64,000 nt of DNA from Octopus sinensis (taxonomy: Eukaryota), in assembly GCF_006345805.1 (NCBI RefSeq), contig NC_043015.1, forward strand, positions 10,974,001-11,038,000, in the 5' to 3' direction. How positions within the stretch are numbered: position 1 is the first letter of the stretch; each line of letters begins with the position of its first letter. Of this stretch, positions 54,697-64,000 are shown piece by piece. The translations under genes and the position numbers were made by a program. The notes beneath the pieces are model-generated. The model had not been told where the DNA came from. It searched no databases and was given only the letters and a program-made list of their open reading frames with translations.

Positions 54697-56867
54697 ATAT
54701 ATATATATACAAGTATGGATATACATATATATATAGATAGATAGATGATAGATAGATAGATAGATAGATATACATGTGTGAGGTGTGTGTGTGTGTGTGT
54801 TGGAATGCAGTAAACAGATAGTATGTTTTCACTTTACTTACCTTTCAAAAATATTAATTACTGAAATAAATATAATGAAATTTTAAATCTGTAAACAAAC
54901 ATTCGTAAGAATATTTACATATATTAAATCTTCACGGATTATTTTATTTTGTTTTATGCACCAATTATAGGACGACGAGCAATGTTAGTTTAATGTTTAT
55001 ATCAGAATGTAACAAACAGTTGCAGAAACGCTTTATCTTAATCTGCCCTTAAAAGTTTCAAAGTAGACAAACAGCCAAACAGAAAAATAATCGTTATTAT
55101 GAATTCACGATACTTGACTAGTCTATAATTTGTCTTCATCAGCAAAATATATTTATATAATTATTTCCCAAAATTTCCCAAAGGAATTAGAGTTATTTTA
55201 AAACACAAGCAAAATATATATTTACCGAGAATATTTCGTTGTAAATAATTAAGTTTACTCTATGTTTAACCGATAACATAATTTCCTTCATGGGGCGGGG
55301 GATATTCTAATTTGAGATCTAAATTAATAAAATATACTAGACAATGTTTAGAGGGTAATAAATTCTTAATCAAAAGTTACATTTTGAGTTATTGTTGCGA
55401 CATACGACCAATTATTGAAATTAAATTCTTTTACGTTTTTTACCGACATAAATTATAATACTGGTTTTCACTTTACCACTTCAAGGGTGATGAGTAAAGC
55501 CACCTTCATCTACATTCTCATCTCATCTTGATGTAGCAAAATTAAAGTCTTTGATTTGTGTCATCTATTTCATTTCTTTGTTTCATATATTAAATAAATG
55601 TTTGATTGTAGTCATATTTCTGTAAACACATTTACTCATGTAGGTTAAAACAGTACACAAAGTAAAATTTGAATAGAGTGAGTTTCCTTTATATTTCGGT
55701 GTACCACTCGTCAAAGTCAAACTCAGAATTGTGAGCTCACCAAGTTGATGTTCTTATTGCAGTAATTATTGCTGCCTAGCATAGTCATAACCAAATTTCA
55801 TGTAAATGTAATGTGTTAAATAGTTTTCGGTATACTCAACCATCTAAATTTTTTTCTCTCCGTTTTCTATTTCTCTCATTCTCCTTTTCTCTCATTCGCA
55901 TGAACCTGATACACTTGCGAGACACAATCATACACAGACAATGCATGCCTTTGTGTTTGCCAGATGTTTAAAGGAAGTCACTCATAATAGCGTGCACAAG
56001 TAAGCACAGCTACATTTTCACGCATACTATATCCCATAATACATCATCTAACTTGACCACTCTTATTAAACGCTAATGTGTTATTCTAGGATGATGTGAC
56101 TACTGCTTCTACAACGTAGAGCGATGTTTCAGAGACTAGATCATTCTATGAGTGAGAAGACTTACCTGAAAGAGTTTCGGATTCAATAACCCGAAGAATT
56201 TCAGTTTTAGTAGCTCTTCGAGAATTTATTATAACTGAAAGTAGATCAGCATTCAAGGATAATTGGAAATTACCTCAACATTAAAACTCCGGCGTAGACA
56301 ACTACTAGTAACATTAGAGTAATTATTCCTTAAAGAAATAGCTTCTGAATTTGAAGATGGGAGAATACAACTTTCATGTCATTCTGTTCATCAATAGTAG
56401 CATAGTTTATCTGATTCCAGCAAACTTGGAAACCAAACCACACTCCAATCTCAACAATGGCATTTCTTTTTCGTATCAGAATCTCTCATTATCAAATACG
56501 AAATATCGAATTTTCAAGCATGCAGAGCGTATACATTTGCGAGTCTTACCACCTAAGAAGTGTTACATCTATTGATAATAAACTTAACCATCGATAGACA
56601 AGATCACATAGCTGGAAATAGTTCCGTAAGTACATTTTGCATTGCTTTAGGCCACTGATGTTATTTAGAAGTGATGGGTAATTTGTTTGTTTACAGTGCC
56701 GACTTGAATTCTTTCCAACTTAAAAGACTACTGTGGGAAATATAAGGAAACACAGAGAAAAGATCATTCAAAAAAAGTTATATTTATTTTTTATATACGT
56801 TTACTTTTATTTGAAATGTAAATTAAACACCAGCATGTGGGATTGCGCTGCGTAAAAGTAATTAGCA

Positions 56868-56943
<76 letters not shown>

Positions 56944-57503
56944 TGCACTGCTAAGATCCGCTAAATAATGAGCGAAATATTACTTCCTGTTTGCAATCAC
57001 AACGTGTTTCGATTCCGATCAATGTCACCGTGAGTAAGTGAATTCTATTAAGGTCACGAGTTGTCTCAATGCATTTAATTGAAATTGCGGTAGTAGAAAC
57101 TTGACAAAGTATTTCTGTTGTTGTGTACATGTCCCATTCGTTGCCGACGTTTGCTAAAATGAACAAAACATCACAGACATCTTTAACACTGACAAATCCA
57201 AATTTCTATGATCTAAATATATACTAGAGTACGATTTTACAGAGTCATTAATTTAGATAGCTGAATCCAGCTGAAACACTTGGTAATATTTCTATACATT
57301 TTTTTTAGCCAATTCGAACGCATTTTCGCGAATGCTCTAACTACTAAGAGTAGCGCACACGTCGAACACCTGTATCATCTTAAAACTATAACCATCTATG
57401 ATATACGAGAACTTCCTAGGTGCACTCTCATTCGTGATGGAAGGCGGTATTTAATATATATAATATATATATGTATGTATATGTATATATATTATATATA
57501 TAT

Positions 57504-57547
<44 letters not shown>

Positions 57548-57566
57548 TACATATTATATATATATA

Positions 57567-57599
<33 letters not shown>

Positions 57600-57600
<1 letters not shown>

Positions 57601-57880
57601 GCGCAATGGCCCAGTGGTTTGGGCAGCGGACTCGCGGTCGTAGGATCGCGGTTTCGATTCCCAGACCGGGCGTTGTGTGTGTTTATTGAGCGAAAACACC
57701 TAAAAGTTCCACGAGGCTCCGGCAGGGGGTGATGATCCCTGCTGTACTCCTTCACCACCCTTTCTCTCACTCTCGCTTAGCCAGCGGGGTGGTGTCATTC
57801 GAAGGCTAAAACAATGCGAACGCATTGGGACCAGCGATGTGTAGCAACATCTGATGGTCTGGTCGGTCAAGTGATCACGT
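57600..57880 (+). mobile_element. tRNA-derived SINE, third family
   Basis: GCGCAATGGCCCAGTGG...GGTTTCGATTCCC head and GTGATCACGTGAT end; a head fragment also occurs at ~29490-29525(-). Confidence 0.8.
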
Positions 57881-57916
57881 GATATATATATATGTATATA
57901 TGTGTGTGTGTTTGCA

Positions 57917-57955
<39 letters not shown>

Positions 57956-58099
57956 TAGAAAAAACCCAGTTTATTATCAATTCAAAATGAACAAATTACA
58001 CTATCTAGAAAATTACATATAATAGAAATATTAAAATTAAAATAACAATAAAATACCAATGATTAAGTAAATTGCAAAAAATAATAAAAACGTATATAT

Positions 58100-58320
58100 A
58101 TATACTTTATTATTAAAGCTTGCAAAAACAGCAGAAAAATATCACAGAAAACTGTTATTCAGAGGGTCACGTTCCCCTTCGTCAGACAGTTCAGATTCAG
58201 AACATGAAACTCTGATTAGCAAGGTTTTTTTTATATGTATGTGATGTTTTCCAGTTTTAATAACAAAGCATATTACTCTACTTGCAGTACTCGAATACTA
58301 TTCTTTCCCACCTTGTTTCA
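58100..58320. mobile_element. Fold-back pLTR remnant with decayed HHR (58151-58190, minus)
   Basis: actgt-CTGACGA-aggggaacgt-GACC-ctctgaa-TA-acagt; the inverted copy at ~58201-58270 retains GAAACTCTGA. Confidence 0.55.
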
Positions 58321-59639
58321 CATTAAATTGCTTACTATATATATATATACATATATATATACATTTGAACTTCGAATGACCCATCCATCATTTCTTTGTA
58401 TCGTCTATCTGGATGCTCTGTGGTCCCTTTTTGTATCACCTAGCTGTCTGGTTGTCTTGCGTTCTGGTCCCATTTTGTATTATTCATATATATATATATA
58501 TATATATATATGCATACATAAATGTGCACACTCTTTTCTTACTATTACATTTCTTCTGTAGTGCAACTAAGTTTACCGTGAAAAATCTACCACCATTTAT
58601 TCTCGATATTTATAAATTGTAACTTTAAGGAAGTAATTTTTATTTCGAATTATATTTCACATAGAATCATATGAAATGGTTTGGAATTTCCAGGACCTCT
58701 AGGCTAGAAATTTATTTCATTATTTTTTAATAATTTCACATTATTCTATCGTCTAAGGCTGAGATAAATATGAGTTTGTTTTGTCTTTTGTTCTTTTTTT
58801 TTATTAATATAAGAATCGCCCTCTAAGAAACATTATTGTGGACAAAGCAAAACAGCTAGAGAACGTAAGAAAAGAAATATTAGTATATATTTGAATTGGC
58901 TCAGAAACAAACAAATTAGAGGAAAAATAAACATGAAAAAAACTTCCAAAAGGAATATCATAATAATCAATTCAGTTGACAACAATAATACTATAGCAAA
59001 ACAGAGCAACAGGCATGCATGCACTTACCGCTCTGAGCATAAACAAGTATAAAGAAAGCATGTGTTTTCCTTATGTTCTTTCAAAGAAGAAAATTCACTC
59101 CAAAATTGCTGAAAGAGTGAAAGTATGTCAACATCTCAAACATCGGACTGGTGTCAGATTCCATATTCACTTAAGAAAACCATTTGGAGAGATTATGCGT
59201 ACAATTGCACAGCAGGCTTTCTTATAAAATCCAATCAAATTTCGAAGATTGACCTAGACATATCTCCCAAAATATGGCGGAAAGGATTATCATCATTATT
59301 GTTGATTTTCTGGCAGTTACTGATATTGTTGTTGTTATTGTTGTTGTTCTTCTTCTTGTTAAGTCGGCTTTTTGGCAAAATCTTTAGCAAACCAAGCAAA
59401 ATGATTCGTGGCGTTTCTCCCGGCCTTACTTTCTGTGTTCAAATTTCGCCGAGTTTATTTTGCCTTTCATCCGCTTCGGAGTTTAATAATATTCATTACT
59501 AGTTGATCACTTGTTCAATGCAATAAAAAAAACCAACTCTTTACAAATTCCAGTCTTAATACCTATATTATAATGAATTATTAATATTATTTCCTATGCA
59601 CACAATCGATTACACGGTTGGAAAATAAACATCGGGTTA

Positions 59640-60690
59640 CAACAAGTAACACTAGAGGGCAAAAATCTGATTAAGTATTCTAGCTGCCCCTAAGGAAACA
59701 GTTTTCCTGCGCAGTACTAAACCAGATTTTATTACTATTTCCTCTATCCATCTGTTCAAATCTGTAGGGATAGTTCGTAATGCACCTATACCTACATGAA
59801 TATATTTTACCTTCACTTTCCATAATCTCAGCAATTTTATTGCTAGGACCTGATGCTTCTCCACCCCCCTCGTATTCACTTTAACATCATTTCAAACAGG
59901 CACTTTATTTTCTCTTTGTTAACCACTACTAAGTCGGACCTTCTAGCTGCAATTACTCTTGCAGACTAAATATTAAAGTCCCATAGCATCTTAGATTTCT
60001 TACTTTTCTAGCACTTTACTAGGTTCATGTTCATATAATTTATAAGTTAATCAAAATCCTAGCTTTCTATGTAACTGTCAGTGAATTGCTCTCCCTACGC
60101 TGTCATGTCTTTTCTTATATTCTTCTCTGTGCGTCCATATTACATTCACTTATTATATGAGTAACACTTTCCCCTTTTTATTTACATAACATGTAGGAAG
60201 AATCTAGCTTCTTTATTCAATCTTGGCTTTTATTGAATTAGCCTTTATTGTCTAATCTTGTGCCGCTACTAAGAAACATTTTGTAACCCTTTTCAGCCTC
60301 TTTTCTGCTATCATAACTATATCTCACTATTGCTATCTTTAAGAATCTTCCATGGAAATCCTTCTCTTGCCAGTCAGATAATGTTTCTCCTTCTTTCTAG
60401 TTTTAACTTCATTTCGATTTTCGGTTTCCCTGTATTATTATCATTAGCAGAAATACCACCCTCCGGGCGGTGTTCTGCTGGCCCTTTGATAATATTTTCA
60501 TATTTGACTCTCAATTCTAATTTTTTTTATATTTTCCATTTAATTATTTCTTTGTATAATAGTGCTCTCTGACTTAGTAAGTATTGCTCTCATTAGTTTA
60601 TCACAGTCATAATCTCTCTTTTTAAACAAGCGTTACGGTAGTCCAACAACAGAGGGGGAGGAGTTTGTCAAGATTTATCTTCACCTCAAA
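59640..60690 (-). mobile_element. R4/Dong-type LINE 3' fragment (RLE endonuclease)
   Basis: AAQD, SVTHIISEC, RHDSV, LWDFNI, RRSDLVVVNK, LWKVKVKYIHVGIGAL and KTVSLGAARIL motifs in broken frames. Confidence 0.75.
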
Positions 60691-61070
60691 GCAACATAGA
60701 GATTTTTGTAATCTTTGGAGGTGTGGTTGAACTGTTGGATAGGATTGCCGTTTCCGCTTTTGTTGTGGTTTTTGTTGTTGTTGTTATTGTTTTTTGCCTT
60801 CGTGAAAAGACTGCGGTAGGCAGTGTCTTTACTGTAACATGTGTGTTGGCTTGGAGCCCCATTTTTTTAGTGCGTCGGGAACCTAGAAGATGAATGAAGT
60901 GACAAACCAAGCAACAGAAATGGTTTCTCACTTTGGGAATACCGGCAGATGCTGATATTCCGCATTATACGTGTGTTAATTTACTAATTGGTGGTGGTAG
61001 GGTTGATGTTATTGTGGGTTGCGTACTTAGGTCAATTGCTGGTACTGTTTGCCTGGATTATGCGTCTGCG

Positions 61071-61109
<39 letters not shown>

Positions 61110-61157
61110 ATATATATATATATAACTATATACACATATATATATATGTGTGCATTC

Positions 61158-61225
<68 letters not shown>

Positions 61226-61249
61226 CTATATATATATACATACATTTGC

Positions 61250-61306
<57 letters not shown>

Positions 61307-62654
61307 GTACTTACACACACATATACATTCTGTGACATAGCTTATACTTCAGTTAAAATATATTAGGGTTAGAACTGGCACATGGTTTAGGCAGTGTAAA
61401 CTGATTTTTTTTCTAATATGTGCATTCACTCGTGTAGTTGAAAGGATTTAAGTTAATTTGCTACGAATAATAATACTATACCTATAGTATTAATAATATA
61501 ACTAGTGAAATAGAAGATAACTAAGATCAATTATATCGATATACTTCAGATATAAAATCCAGTGATTATGAAATAAAAACGCAGAATGTTATGGTTTTCT
61601 ATGAGACGTCGCTAGCTACATCTATTAGCTACTTTGGTTTCTGTGTAATCAGTTAAAGGGTTATGAAATAATTAATGATAGTGATGGCAAATCCCATACA
61701 GCACATTGCGAATATTTTGATTTTTCATGTAACATTTGAATTATGTTGCTATGTCAACCTTTCACTGTAACCTATTATGTTCTGATACCTTTTATGTAAT
61801 TGCTCATCCATCTCAAGAAAGACGTCGTTAAATTAATATATTTCTATAAACCACTGTGAAACAGTGGCAGCAAAAATATAAGATGAAAATCTCTAGTTCT
61901 AGAACTGACATATTTCATCTATCTACTAGTATATGACTGGAATAGAGGTCAAAGATATGATACATAATTATGGCAAATAGGTGATGTAGGTGATGAAAAA
62001 GTGGATATCTATTTAAGTTCAAAATGGCTCCTTTGATAAACTGTCCATCAACTATCTGATGACGTTCATATATGATACATATGTTCACTGCCGACTTCTG
62101 CAAGCTTCAAATGATTCCTTCTCTAGCTACAGTATTAGTGAAGATTATTGATTTGGTCTGTTTTAGATGCTACGGTGAGAAAAAGGTATCAGATGAGCAA
62201 GTAAAATGTTTGGCTAACACTATACTTTCACTGGTAATGTGATGTTTACGTTGTCAATATATCTAATTGCGGTAGACAGTATCCATCGCTTTCTAAGTCT
62301 ACGAGCTTACAGTGGAAGTAATTGGGTACAATTCAAACTTCAATTCTAGATTGATACGTTTTTCAAATTGCAGCGATAAAATCCGGTCCTCCTTTACTAT
62401 GTGTCTACTTGATTGCGAAGAACTTATATATTACTGTATCCATAAGTACTTATGAGATTGCCCCGCCACACACACACACACACGTATATGTAATATTAGT
62501 AGCATGTGTATATGTATATATGTATATATATATATATGTAAATATATATATATATAATATAATATTATATAGTATAATATAATATAATATAGATAGTCAG
62601 ATAGATAGATATATATAGATAGATAGATAGATAGATTGATTGATAGATAGACAG

Positions 62655-62713
<59 letters not shown>

Positions 62714-62744
62714 TATAGATAGACAGACAGATAGATAGACAGAC

Positions 62745-62831
<87 letters not shown>

Positions 62832-63350
62832 ACTGTTTTAGCTGAAGAATGAACAAAAATTCCTTTGCGAAACAATGCAAACTTTGTACGAGTCCATACC
62901 TCGTAGACTTCAAGCTGTGATTACTTCCAAATGCGGTCCTACCCTATATTAAAATAAATTTGTTTGAAATATTAGGGTGTTCCATTATTTTGTTTGTGTG
63001 TGTGTATTTATGTATGTATTTATACAAAGATGTGCAGTGTGCATGTATATTAAAGTATATTACATATGTAAAAATATGTGCGTGCGTGCGTGTGCATGGC
63101 GCGAGCAAATCAAAGGAGAGAAATAAATATGAAAACATTCGCAAGTGCATACACATTAATATTCTCTCGCAGAGGCGAACCAGAGTTACCGTAATATCAC
63201 TATGGGTCTGGAAGTTGATTGCGTATACCACTAGAAACTGGAAATTATTGTGTGAAATCTGCTTTCCTGAAATAGGTGTCGTGTTAAGAAATTACATAAT
63301 TTCTTTATATAATATTCCGGATCTATTGATCCAAATGTATATAAATATTT

Positions 63351-63394
<44 letters not shown>

Positions 63395-63543
63395 CATATA
63401 CTGAATCTATATTGATTGCTCTAGTGTATCAAATTATTTATACTATTAAAGTATTTATGTATTTGATACGTGCGATTATATATCTATATTTTATAATACA
63501 TTATTATTAATATCAGGAAATCAATATTAGAAAATTCTTGTTT

Positions 63544-64000
63544 GTTTGAAATATAAATTAAAAATTACACATTACTGCTTTTGATTTTGATAAGTGCACT
63601 TTAATATGAGATTCTTTAAATCCATATATGTTTACTTGATAAGGAATAATCCATAATAGTTATGTGTAAAATCCATTATATTGTCCTCTGTTCCATATCT
63701 AGCTCATTGATTTTGATAATATAAAATAATGGAATCTTATACTGATCAGAATTTATCGATAACTCTTCTGCTCTTTAGAAAATCAAATGTAAATATCAAA
63801 TGTAAAATTTATATAATTTAACTAATGGTAGTTATTTTTTAATGAAGTAATATGGGAAAATGGTGTGTGTTTGAAATATAAATATAAAATTACTGCTTTT
63901 GATTTTGGTAAGTACACTTTAGTATGAGAATATTGAAATTCATATATGCTTCCTTGGTAATTATTCTGAAGTAATCCATAATAATTACGTATAAACTCCA
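63544..64000. repeat. Diverged direct repeat, period ~325 bp
   Basis: 63544-63675 resembles 63869-64000 (gtttgaaatataaat..attactgcttttgatttt..taatccataata). Confidence 0.7.

Noticed and set aside
56166-56234. Possible 69-nt minus-strand exon (tttcag...CAG|gtaagt, IINSRRATKTEILRVIESETLS)
   Set aside because: Good splice signals but no recognisable homology or partner exons; such matches arise by chance and need RNA-seq.
60875-60935. Possible plus-strand HHR in a pLTR-like repeat
   Set aside because: Core and stem III are too degenerate.

Overview
AT-rich, repeat-dense eukaryotic non-coding DNA with many (TA)n, (CA)n and (GATA)n microsatellites. The repeat style suggests an octopus/cephalopod genome (inference). 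I found no convincing host exon. Main content: (1) a near full-length Tx1-clade L1 retrotransposon (10399-15915, minus, 18-bp TSD) inserted inside a ~357-nt tandem hammerhead-ribozyme (HHR) repeat, so that two same-strand HHRs bracket it; (2) a TSD-flanked ORF1-only relative (20010-22276, minus) inserted into the tRNA-like head of a SINE; (3) about a dozen type I HHR motifs, intact or decayed, in Penelope-like/retrozyme-like repeats, including a Neptune-type GIY-YIG fragment; (4) decayed hATm, maT, mariner, CR1, RTE and R4/Dong-type elements and several tRNA-derived SINEs. Most ORFs in the supplied track are microsatellite artefacts. All motifs were read by eye, and no database search or folding program was run.
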